Shown here: one piece after another, positions 1-12,400 of the stretch
Numbering within the stretch: position 1 is the stretch's first letter
Layout of the letters: each line of letters starts with the position of its first letter
Assembly (NCBI RefSeq): GCF_009914755.1
Contig: NC_060939.1
Length of the DNA stretch: 64,000 nucleotides
Reading direction: 5' to 3' (one strand)
DNA from: the human T2T-CHM13v2.0 reference genome, Homo sapiens
Position numbers and translations under genes: made by a program
The notes under the pieces: model-generated
Told to the model about the DNA's origin: nothing
What the model saw: only the letters and a program-made list of their open reading frames with translations
Databases searched by the model: none

Positions 1-3000
1 TTCAATTCTGTGTGACCAATGCACTCATCACAAAGAAGTTTGTCTGAATGCTTCTGTGTAGAATTGATTTGAAGATAATTCCTTTTCCACCACAGTCCGC
101 AAAGGGCTAAAAATATCCACTTGCCGATTCCACAAAAAGAGAGATTCAAAACTGCTCAATCACAAGATAGGTTCAACTTGGTAATTGGAAAGCACACATG
201 ACAAACAATTTCTGAGAATGTTTCTGTGTAGTTTTTAAGGGAAGATATTTGATTTTCAAATGTAGGCCTCAAATCGCTCCAAATATCCACTTGCATATTG
301 TACAAAAAGAGAGATTCAAAACTGGTCACTCAAAAGTTAGGTCCAGCTCTGTGAGCTGAATGCACACATCACAAAGATGTTTCTCAGAAGGTTTCTGTAT
401 AGTTTCTATATGAAGATATTGGCTTTTCCACAATATGCCTCAAATCTCCCCAATTATCCACTTGCAGATTCTAGAAAAAGAGTGTTTCAAAACAGCTCAA
501 TCAAAATAAACTTTCAACTCTGTGAGATCAATGCACACATCACAAAGAAGTTTCTCAGAATGCTTCTGTGTAGTTTTTTTTGTGAAGATATTTGATTTTC
601 CACAGCAGGCTTCCAAGCACTCCAAATATCCACTCGCAGATTCTGCAAAAAGAGAGATTCAAATCTGCTGAATCAAAAGATAGGTTTAACTCTGTGACTT
701 CAATGCACACCTCACAAGGGTGTTTCTCAGAAAGCTTCTGTGTAGTTTTTATATGAAGATATCTCCTTCTCCAAAGCAGGTCTCAAAGCCCTCCAAATAT
801 TCACTTCAAGATTCTACGGAAAGATTGTCTCAACACTGCTAAATCTAAACAAATGTTCAACTCTGTGTGATGAATGCACTCATCACAGAGAAGTTTCTCT
901 GAATGCCTCTGTGTAGTTTTTATTTGAAGATATTTGCTTTTCCAGTATAGGGCGAAATAGGGCTCCAAATATTCACTTGCAGATTCTACAAAAGGAGAGA
1001 TTCCAAACTGCTCAATCAAAACATAGGTTCAACACTGTGAGTTGAATGCACACATCACAAAGAAGTTTCACAGAGTGCTTCTGGGTAGTTTTTATTTGAG
1101 GATATTTCCCTTTCCACAATAGGCCTCAAAGCTTTCCAAATATCCACTTGCAGATTCTGCAAAAAGAGAGATACAAAACTGCTCTATCAAAAGATAGATT
1201 CGACTCTGTGAGTTGAATGCCAACATCGCAAAGAAGTTTCTCAGAATGCTTCTCTGCAGCTTTTTTGTGAGTATGTTTCGTTTTCCACCATAGGGCGAAA
1301 TGGGGCTCCAAATATCCACTTGCATTTCCTACAAAAAGAGAGATTCTAAGCTGCTCAATCAAAACATTGTTTCAACACGGTTAGTTGAATGCACACATCC
1401 CAAAGATGTTTTTCAGAGTGCTTCTGTGTGGTTTTTATGTGAAGATACTTCCTTTTCCACAATAGGCCTCAAATCTCTGTAAATATCCACTTGCAGACTC
1501 TACAAAGAGTGTTTCCAAACTCCTCAATCATAAGATAGGTTCAACTCCGATAGTTGAATGCACACATCACAAAGAAGTTTCTCGGAAAGCTTCTGTGTAG
1601 TTTTTGATGAAGATATCTTCTTCTCTAAAACAGAACTCCAAGCCCTCCAAATATTCACTTCAAGATTCTACGGAAAGATTGTCTCAAACTGCTAAATCAA
1701 AACAAAGGTTCAACTCTGTGTGATGAATGCATTCATCACAAAGAAGTTTCTCTGAGTGCTTCTGTGCAGTTTTTATTTGAAGATAATTGCTTTTCCAGTA
1801 TAGGGCGAAATAGGGCTCCAAATATTCACTTGCAGATTCTACAGAAAGAGAGATTCCAAACTGCTCAATCAAAACATAGGTTCAACACTGTGAGTTGAAT
1901 GCATACATCGCAAAGAAGTTTCACAGAGTACTTCTGGGTGGTTTTTATTTGAAGATATTTCCCTTTCCACAATAGGCCTCAAAGCTTTCCAAATGTCCAC
2001 TTGCAGATTCCACCAAAAGAGTGTTTCGAAACTGCTCAATCAAAAGAAAGGTTCTACTCTGTGGGATGAATGCACACATCACAAAGTAGTTTCTCAGAAT
2101 GCTTCTGTGTAGTTTTTATGTGAAGATATTTGTTTTTCCACAGTAGGCCCCAAAGAGCTCCAAATATTCACTTGCAGATTCTACAAAAAGAGTGTTCCAA
2201 AACTGCTCAATCATGAAATAGGATCAACCCTGTGAGATGAATGTACGTATGACAGAGAAGTTTCTCAGAATGCTTCTGTGTAGTTTTTATGCGAAGATAT
2301 TCGACTTTCCACAGTACGCCTCAAAGTTCTCCAATTATCCACTCGTAGATCCTGCAAAAAGAGAGATTCAAAACTGCTCAATCAAAAGATAGTTTCTACT
2401 CCATTAGCTGAAAGACCACATCACAAAAAAAGTTTCTCAGGATGCTTCTGTGTAGTTTTTATGTGAAGATATTTGGTTTTCCACAGTAGGCCTCAAAGCG
2501 CTCCAAATATCCACTCACAGATTCTGCAAAAAGAGAGATTCAAAACTGCTGAATCAAAAGACAGTTTCAACTCTGTGACTTCAGTGCACACCTCACAAGG
2601 ATGTTTCTCAGAATGCTTCTGTGTAGTTTTTATATAAAGATATCTCCTTCTCCAAAATGGATCTCAAAGTTCTCCAAATATTCACTTCCAGATTCTATGG
2701 AAAGATTGTCTCAAAACTGCTCAATCAAACCAAAGGTTCAACTCTGTGAGATGAATGCCCACATCACAAAGAAGTTTCTCAGAGTACTTCTGTGTAGTTT
2801 CTATTTGAGGATAGTTCCTTTTCCACCACAGACCAGAAAGGGCTCCAAATATCCATTGCAGATGGTACAAAAAGTGAGATTCAAAACTGCTCAATCCAAA
2901 GGTAGTTTCAACCATGTGATATGAATGCACACAGCACAGAGAATTTTCTCAAAATGCGTCTGTCTAGTTTTTATTTGAAGATATTTCCTTTTCTACCATA

Positions 3001-3414
3001 GGCCACAAACCTCTCCAAATATCCACATGCAGCTTCTACAAAAAGAGAGATTCAAAACTTCTCAATCAAAAGATAGGTTCAACTCTGTGAGTTGAAAGCA
3101 CACCTCACAGAGAAGTTTCTCAGAGTGCTTCTGTGTGTTTTTATGTGAAGATATTTCCTTTTCCACAATAGGCCTCAAAGCTCTCCAAATATCTGCGAGC
3201 AGAGTCTACAAAATGAGAGATTCAAAACTGCTCAATGAAAAGATAGGTTCAACTCTGTGAGTTGAATGCACACCTCCAAAGAAGTTTCTCAGAATGCTTC
3301 CGTGTAGTTTTTATGTGAAGATATTTACTTTTCCACAGTTGTCCCAAAGCTCTAAAATGTCCACTTGCAGACCCTCCAAAAGAGTGTTTCAGAATTGCTC
3401 AATCAAAGGGAAGG
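1..3414. repeat. One HOR unit (arbitrary phase): 20 diverged alphoid monomers, mean 170.7 bp
   Basis: ttcaactctg-like anchors occur at about 1, 172, 342, 514, 685, 856, 1028, 1199, 1371, 1540, 1709, 1881, 2052, 2223, 2394, 2566, 2736, 2907, 3078 and 3248, and the next unit starts at 3415. Monomers differ substantially from one another, while whole units differ by only a handful of SNVs. Confidence 0.97.
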
Positions 3415-6400
3415 TTCAATTCTGTGTGACCAATGCACTCATCACAAAGAAGTTTGTCTGAATGCTTCTGTGTAGAATTGATTTGAAGATAATTCCTTTT
3501 CCACCACAGTCCGCAAAGGGCTAAAAATATCCACTTGCCGATTCCACAAAAAGAGAGATTCAAAACTGCTCAATCACAAGATAGGTTCAACTTGGTAATT
3601 GGAAAGCACACATGACAAACAATTTCTGAGAATGTTTCTGTGTAGTTTTTAAGGGAAGATATTTGATTTTCAAATGTAGGCCTCAAATCGCTCCAAATAT
3701 CCACTTGCATATTGTACAAAAAGAGAGATTCAAAACTGGTCACTCAAAAGTTAGGTCCAGCTCTGTGAGCTGAATGCACACATCACAAAGATGTTTCTCA
3801 GAAGGTTTCTGTATAGTTTCTATATGAAGATATTGGCTTTTCCACAATATGCCTCAAATCTCCCCAATTATCCACTTGCAGATTCTAGAAAAAGAGTGTT
3901 TCAAAACAGCTCAATCAAAATAAACTTTCAACTCTGTGAGATCAATGCACACATCACAAAGAAGTTTCTCAGAATGCTTCTGTGTAGTTTTTTTTGTGAA
4001 GATATTTGATTTTCCACAGCAGGCTTCCAAGCACTCCAAATATCCACTCGCAGATTCTGCAAAAAGAGAGATTCAAATCTGCTGAATCAAAAGATAGGTT
4101 TAACTCTGTGACTTCAATGCACACCTCACAAGGGTGTTTCTCAGAAAGCTTCTGTGTAGTTTTTATATGAAGATATCTCCTTCTCCAAAGCAGGTCTCAA
4201 AGCCCTCCAAATATTCACTTCAAGATTCTACGGAAAGATTGTCTCAACACTGCTAAATCTAAACAAATGTTCAACTCTGTGTGATGAATGCACTCATCAC
4301 AGAGAAGTTTCTCTGAATGCCTCTGTGTAGTTTTTATTTGAAGATATTTGCTTTTCCAGTATAGGGCGAAATAGGGCTCCAAATATTCACTTGCAGATTC
4401 TACAAAAGGAGAGATTCCAAACTGCTCAATCAAAACATAGGTTCAACACTGTGAGTTGAATGCACACATCACAAAGAAGTTTCACAGAGTGCTTCTGGGT
4501 AGTTTTTATTTGAGGATATTTCCCTTTCCACAATAGGCCTCAAAGCTTTCCAAATATCCACTTGCAGATTCTGCAAAAAGAGAGATACAAAACTGCTCTA
4601 TCAAAAGATAGATTCGACTCTGTGAGTTGAATGCCAACATCGCAAAGAAGTTTCTCAGAATGCTTCTCTGCAGCTTTTTTGTGAGTATGTTTCGTTTTCC
4701 ACCATAGGGCGAAATGGGGCTCCAAATATCCACTTGCATTTCCTACAAAAAGAGAGATTCTAAGCTGCTCAATCAAAACATTGTTTCAACACGGTTAGTT
4801 GAATGCACACATCCCAAAGATGTTTTTCAGAGTGCTTCTGTGTGGTTTTTATGTGAAGATACTTCCTTTTCCACAATAGGCCTCAAATCTCTGTAAATAT
4901 CCACTTGCAGACTCTACAAAGAGTGTTTCCAAACTCCTCAATCATAAGATAGGTTCAACTCCGATAGTTGAATGCACACATCACAAAGAAGTTTCTCGGA
5001 AAGCTTCTGTGTAGTTTTTGATGAAGATATCTTCTTCTCTAAAACAGAACTCCAAGCCCTCCAAATATTCACTTCAAGATTCTACGGAAAGATTGTCTCA
5101 AACTGCTAAATCAAAACAAAGGTTCAACTCTGTGTGATGAATGCATTCATCACAAAGAAGTTTCTCTGAGTGCTTCTGTGCAGTTTTTATTTGAAGATAA
5201 TTGCTTTTCCAGTATAGGGCGAAATAGGGCTCCAAATATTCACTTGCAGATTCTACAGAAAGAGAGATTCCAAACTGCTCAATCAAAACATAGGTTCAAC
5301 ACTGTGAGTTGAATGCATACATCGCAAAGAAGTTTCACAGAGTACTTCTGGGTGGTTTTTATTTGAAGATATTTCCCTTTCCACAATAGGCCTCAAAGCT
5401 TTCCAAATGTCCACTTGCAGATTCCACCAAAAGAGTGTTTCGAAACTGCTCAATCAAAAGAAAGGTTCTACTCTGTGGGATGAATGCACACATCACAAAG
5501 TAGTTTCTCAGAATGCTTCTGTGTAGTTTTTATGTGAAGATATTTGTTTTTCCACAGTAGGCCCCAAAGAGCTCCAAATATTCACTTGCAGATTCTACAA
5601 AAAGAGTGTTCCAAAACTGCTCAATCATGAAATAGGATCAACCCTGTGAGATGAATGTACGTATGACAGAGAAGTTTCTCAGAATGCTTCTGTGTAGTTT
5701 TTATGCGAAGATATTCGACTTTCCACAGTACGCCTCAAAGTTCTCCAATTATCCACTCGTAGATCCTGCAAAAAGAGAGATTCAAAACTGCTCAATCAAA
5801 AGATAGTTTCTACTCCATTAGCTGAAAGACCACATCACAAAAAAAGTTTCTCAGGATGCTTCTGTGTAGTTTTTATGTGAAGATATTTGGTTTTCCACAG
5901 TAGGCCTCAAAGCGCTCCAAATATCCACTCACAGATTCTGCAAAAAGAGAGATTCAAAACTGCTGAATCAAAAGACAGTTTCAACTCTGTGACTTCAGTG
6001 CACACCTCACAAGGATGTTTCTCAGAATGCTTCTGTGTAGTTTTTATATAAAGATATCTCCTTCTCCAAAATGGATCTCAAAGTTCTCCAAATATTCACT
6101 TCCAGATTCTATGGAAAGATTGTCTCAAAACTGCTCAATCAAACCAAAGGTTCAACTCTGTGAGATGAATGCCCACATCACAAAGAAGTTTCTCAGAGTA
6201 CTTCTGTGTAGTTTCTATTTGAGGATAGTTCCTTTTCCACCACAGACCAGAAAGGGCTCCAAATATCCATTGCAGATGGTACAAAAAGTGAGATTCAAAA
6301 CTGCTCAATCCAAAGGTAGTTTCAACCATGTGATATGAATGCACACAGCACAGAGAATTTTCTCAAAATGCGTCTGTCTAGTTTTTATTTGAAGATATTT

Positions 6401-9400
6401 CCTTTTCTACCATAGGCCACAAACGTCTCCAAATATCCACATGCAGCTTCTACAAAAAGAGAGATTCAAAACTTCTCAATCAAAAGATAGGTTCAACTCT
6501 GTGAGTTGAAAGCACACCTCACAGAGAAGTTTCTCAGAGTGCTTCTGTGTGTTTTTATGTGAAGATATTTCCTTTTCCACAATAGGCCTCAAAGCTCTCC
6601 AAATATCTGCGAGCAGAGTCTACAAAATGAGAGATTCAAAACTGCTCAATGAAAAGATAGGTTCAACTCTGTGAGTTGAATGCACACCTCCAAAGAAGTT
6701 TCTCAGAATGCTTCCGTGTAGTTTTTATGTGAAGATATTTACTTTTCCACAGTTGTCCCAAAGCTCTAAAATGTCCACTTGCAGACCCTCCAAAAGAGTG
6801 TTTCAGAATTGCTCAATCAAAGGGAAGGTTCAATTCTGTGTGACCAATGCACTCATCACAAAGAAGTTTGTCTGAATGCTTCTGTGTAGAATTGATTTGA
6901 AGATAATTCCTTTTCCACCACAGTCCGCAAAGGGCTAAAAATATCCACTTGCCGATTCCACAAAAAGAGAGATTCAAAACTGCTCAATCACAAGATAGGT
7001 TCAACTTGGTAATTGGAAAGCACACATGACAAACAATTTCTGAGAATGTTTCTGTGTAGTTTTTAAGGGAAGATATTTGATTTTCAAATGTAGGCCTCAA
7101 ATCGCTCCAAATATCCACTTGCATATTGTACAAAAAGAGAGATTCAAAACTGGTCACTCAAAAGTTAGGTCCAGCTCTGTGAGCTGAATGCACACATCAC
7201 AAAGATGTTTCTCAGAAGGTTTCTGTATAGTTTTTATATGAAGATATTGGCTTTTCCACAATATGCCTCAAATCTCCCCAATTATCCACTTGCAGATTCT
7301 AGAAAAAGAGTGTTTCAAAACAGCTCAATCAAAATAAACTTTCAACTCTGTGAGATCAATGCACACATCACAAAGAAGTTTCTCAGAATGCTTCTGTGTA
7401 GTTTTTTTTGTGAAGATATTTGATTTTCCACAGCAGGCTTCCAAGCACTCCAAATATCCACTCGCAGATTCTGCAAAAAGAGAGATTCAAATCTGCTGAA
7501 TCAAAAGATAGGTTTAACTCTGTGACTTCAATGCACACCTCACAAGGGTGTTTCTCAGAAAGCTTCTGTGTAGTTTTTATATGAAGATATCTCCTTCTCC
7601 AAAGCAGGTCTCAAAGCCCTCCAAATATTCACTTCAAGATTCTACGGAAAGATTGTCTCAACACTGCTAAATCTAAACAAATGTTCAACTCTGTGTGATG
7701 AATGCACTCATCACAGAGAAGTTTCTCTGAATGCCTCTGTGTAGTTTTTATTTGAAGATATTTGCTTTTCCAGTATAGGGCGAAATAGGGCTCCAAATAT
7801 TCACTTGCAGATTCTACAAAAGGAGAGATTCCAAACTGCTCAATCAAAACATAGGTTCAACACTGTGAGTTGAATGCACACATCACAAAGAAGTTTCACA
7901 GAGTGCTTCTGGGTAGTTTTTATTTGAGGATATTTCCCTTTCCACAATAGGCCTCAAAGCTTTCCAAATATCCACTTGCAGATTCTGCAAAAAGAGAGAT
8001 ACAAAACTGCTCTATCAAAAGATAGATTCGACTCTGTGAGTTGAATGCCAACATCGCAAAGAAGTTTCTCAGAATGCTTCTCTGCAGCTTTTTTGTGAGT
8101 ATGTTTCGTTTTCCACCATAGGGCGAAATGGGGCTCCAAATATCCACTTGCATTTCCTACAAAAAGAGAGATTCTAAGCTGCTCAATCAAAACATTGTTT
8201 CAACACGGTTAGTTGAATGCACACATCCCAAAGATGTTTTTCAGAGTGCTTCTGTGTGGTTTTTATGTGAAGATACTTCCTTTTCCACAATAGGCCTCAA
8301 ATCTCTGTAAATATCCACTTACAGACTCTACAAAGAGTGTTTCCAAACTCCTCAATCATAAGATAGGTTCAACTCCGATAGTTGAATGCACACATCACAA
8401 AGAAGTTTCTCGGAAAGCTTCTGTGTAGTTTTTGATGAAGATATCTTCTTCTCTAAAACAGAACTCCAAGCCCTCCAAATATTCACTTCAAGATTCTACG
8501 GAAAGATTGTCTCAAACTGCTAAATCAAAACAAAGGTTCAACTCTGTGTGATGAATGCATTCATCACAAAGAAGTTTCTCTGAGTGCTTCTGTGCAGTTT
8601 TTATTTGAAGATAATTGCTTTTCCAGTATAGGGCGAAATAGGGCTCCAAATATTCACTTGCAGATTCTACAGAAAGAGAGATTCCAAACTGCTCAATCAA
8701 AACATAGGTTCAACACTGTGAGTTGAATGCATACATCGCAAAGAAGTTTCACAGAGTACTTCTGGGTGGTTTTTATTTGAAGATATTTCCCTTTCCACAA
8801 TAGGCCTCAAAGCTTTCCAAATGTCCACTTGCAGATTCCACCAAAAGAGTGTTTCGAAACTGCTCAATCAAAAGAAAGGTTCTACTCTGTGGGATGAATG
8901 CACACATCACAAAGTAGTTTCTCAGAATGCTTCTGTGTAGTTTTTATGTGAAGATATTTGTTTTTCCACAGTAGGCCCCAAAGAGCTCCAAATATTCACT
9001 TGCAGATTCTACAAAAAGAGTGTTCCAAAACTGCTCAATCATGAAATAGGATCAACCCTGTGAGATGAATGTACGTATGACAGAGAAGTTTCTCAGAATG
9101 CTTCTGTGTAGTTTTTATGCGAAGATATTCGACTTTCCACAGTACGCCTCAAAGTTCTCCAATTATCCACTCGTAGATCCTGCAAAAAGAGAGATTCAAA
9201 ACTGCTCAATCAAAAGATAGTTTCTACTCCATTAGCTGAAAGACCACATCACAAAAAAAGTTTCTCAGGATGCTTCTGTGTAGTTTTTATGTGAAGATAT
9301 TTGGTTTTCCACAGTAGGCCTCAAAGCGCTCCAAATATCCACTCACAGATTCTGCAAAAAGAGAGATTCAAAACTGCTGAATCAAAAGACAGTTTCAACT

Positions 9401-12400
9401 CTGTGACTTCAGTGCACACCTCACAAGGATGTTTCTCAGAATGCTTCTGTGTAGTTTTTATATAAAGATATCTCCTTCTCCAAAATGGATCTCAAAGTTC
9501 TCCAAATATTCACTTCCAGATTCTATGGAAAGATTGTCTCAAAACTGCTCAATCAAACCAAAGGTTCAACTCTGTGAGATGAATGCCCACATCACAAAGA
9601 AGTTTCTCAGAGTACTTCTGTGTAGTTTCTATTTGAGGATAGTTCCTTTTCCACCACAGACCAGAAAGGGCTCCAAATATCCATTGCAGATGGTACAAAA
9701 AGTGAGATTCAAAACTGCTCAATCCAAAGGTAGTTTCAACCATGTGATATGAATGCACACAGCACAGAGAATTTTCTCAAAATGCGTCTGTCTAGTTTTT
9801 ATTTGAAGATATTTCCTTTTCTACCATAGGCCACAAACCTCTCCAAATATCCACATGCAGCTTCTACAAAAAGAGAGATTCAAAACTTCTCAATCAAAAG
9901 ATAGGTTCAACTCTGTGAGTTGAAAGCACACCTCACAGAGAAGTTTCTCAGAGTGCTTCTGTGTGTTTTTATGTGAAGATATTTCCTTTTCCACAATAGG
10001 CCTCAAAGCTCTCCAAATATCTGCGAGCAGAGTCTACAAAATGAGAGATTCAAAACTGCTCAATGAAAAGATAGGTTCAACTCTGTGAGTTGAATGCACA
10101 CCTCCAAAGAAGTTTCTCAGAATGCTTCCGTGTAGTTTTTATGTGAAGATATTTACTTTTCCACAGTTGTCCCAAAGCTCTAAAATGTCCACTTGCAGAC
10201 CCTCCAAAAGAGTGTTTCAGAATTGCTCAATCAAAGGGAAGGTTCAATTCTGTGTGACCAATGCACTCATCACAAAGAAGTTTGTCTGAATGCTTCTGTG
10301 TAGAATTGATTTGAAGATAATTCCTTTTCCACCACAGTCCGCAAAGGGCTAAAAATATCCACTTGCCGATTCCACAAAAAGAGAGATTCAAAACTGCTCA
10401 ATCACAAGATAGGTTCAACTTGGTAATTGGAAAGCACACATGACAAACAATTTCTGAGAATGTTTCTGTGTAGTTTTTAAGGGAAGATATTTGATTTTCA
10501 AATGTAGGCCTCAAATCGCTCCAAATATCCACTTGCATATTGTACAAAAAGAGAGATTCAAAACTGGTCACTCAAAAGTTAGGTCCAGCTCTGTGAGCTG
10601 AATGCACACATCACAAAGATGTTTCTCAGAAGGTTTCTGTATAGTTTCTATATGAAGATATTGGCTTTTCCACAATATGCCTCAAATCTCCCCAATTATC
10701 CACTTGCAGATTCTAGAAAAAGAGTGTTTCAAAACAGCTCAATCAAAATAAACTTTCAACTCTGTGAGATCAATGCACACATCACAAAGAAGTTTCTCAG
10801 AATGCTTCTGTGTAGTTTTTTTTGTGAAGATATTTGATTTTCCACAGCAGGCTTCCAAGCACTCCAAATATCCACTCGCAGATTCTGCAAAAAGAGAGAT
10901 TCAAATCTGCTGAATCAAAAGATAGGTTTAACTCTGTGACTTCAATGCACACCTCACAAGGGTGTTTCTCAGAAAGCTTCTGTGTAGTTTTTATATGAAG
11001 ATATCTCCTTCTCCAAAGCAGGTCTCAAAGCCCTCCAAATATTCACTTCAAGATTCTACGGAAAGATTGTCTCAACACTGCTAAATCTAAACAAATGTTC
11101 AACTCTGTGTGATGAATGCACTCATCACAGAGAAGTTTCTCTGAATGCCTCTGTGTAGTTTTTATTTGAAGATATTTGCTTTTCCAGTATAGGGCGAAAT
11201 AGGGCTCCAAATATTCACTTGCAGATTCTACAAAAGGAGAGATTCCAAACTGCTCAATCAAAACATAGGTTCAACACTGTGAGTTGAATGCACACATCAC
11301 AAAGAAGTTTCACAGAGTGCTTCTGGGTAGTTTTTATTTGAGGATATTTCCCTTTCCACAATAGGCCTCAAAGCTTTCCAAATATCCACTTGCAGATTCT
11401 GCAAAAAGAGAGATACAAAACTGCTCTATCAAAAGATAGATTCGACTCTGTGAGTTGAATGCCAACATCGCAAAGAAGTTTCTCAGAATGCTTCTCTGCA
11501 GCTTTTTTGTGAGTATGTTTCGTTTTCCACCATAGGGCGAAATGGGGCTCCAAATATCCACTTGCATTTCCTACAAAAAGAGAGATTCTAAGCTGCTCAA
11601 TCAAAACATTGTTTCAACACGGTTAGTTGAATGCACACATCCCAAAGATGTTTTTCAGAGTGCTTCTGTGTGGTTTTTATGTGAAGATACTTCCTTTTCC
11701 ACAATAGGCCTCAAATCTCTGTAAATATCCACTTGCAGACTCTACAAAGAGTGTTTCCAAACTCCTCAATCATAAGATAGGTTCAACTCCGATAGTTGAA
11801 TGCACACATCACAAAGAAGTTTCTCGGAAAGCTTCTGTGTAGTTTTTGATGAAGATATCTTCTTCTCTAAAACAGAACTCCAAGCCCTCCAAATATTCAC
11901 TTCAAGATTCTACGGAAAGATTGTCTCAAACTGCTAAATCAAAACAAAGGTTCAACTCTGTGTGATGAATGCATTCATCACAAAGAAGTTTCTCTGAGTG
12001 CTTCTGTGCAGTTTTTATTTGAAGATAATTGCTTTTCCAGTATAGGGCGAAATAGGGCTCCAAATATTCACTTGCAGATTCTACAGAAAGAGAGATTCCA
12101 AACTGCTCAATCAAAACATAGGTTCAACACTGTGAGTTGAATGCATACATCGCAAAGAAGTTTCACAGAGTACTTCTGGGTGGTTTTTATTTGAAGATAT
12201 TTCCCTTTCCACAATAGGCCTCAAAGCTTTCCAAATGTCCACTTGCAGATTCCACCAAAAGAGTGTTTCGAAACTGCTCAATCAAAAGAAAGGTTCTACT
12301 CTGTGGGATGAATGCACACATCACAAAGTAGTTTCTCAGAATGCTTCTGTGTAGTTTTTATGTGAAGATATTTGTTTTTCCACAGTAGGCCCCAAAGAGC

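Noticed and set aside
947-965. ataggg-cgaa-ataggg mini direct repeat as a regulatory site
   Set aside because: It is a local monomer variant (also at ~1290 and ~1800) with no evidence of function, useful only as a monomer-lineage marker.
1274-1300. Possible CENP-B box at gtttcgttttccaccatagggcg (also ttcgactttccacagtacg near 2300)
   Set aside because: It contains TTCG but lacks the correctly spaced A and CGGG. At this position a real box would read cccgtttccaacgaa on this strand.
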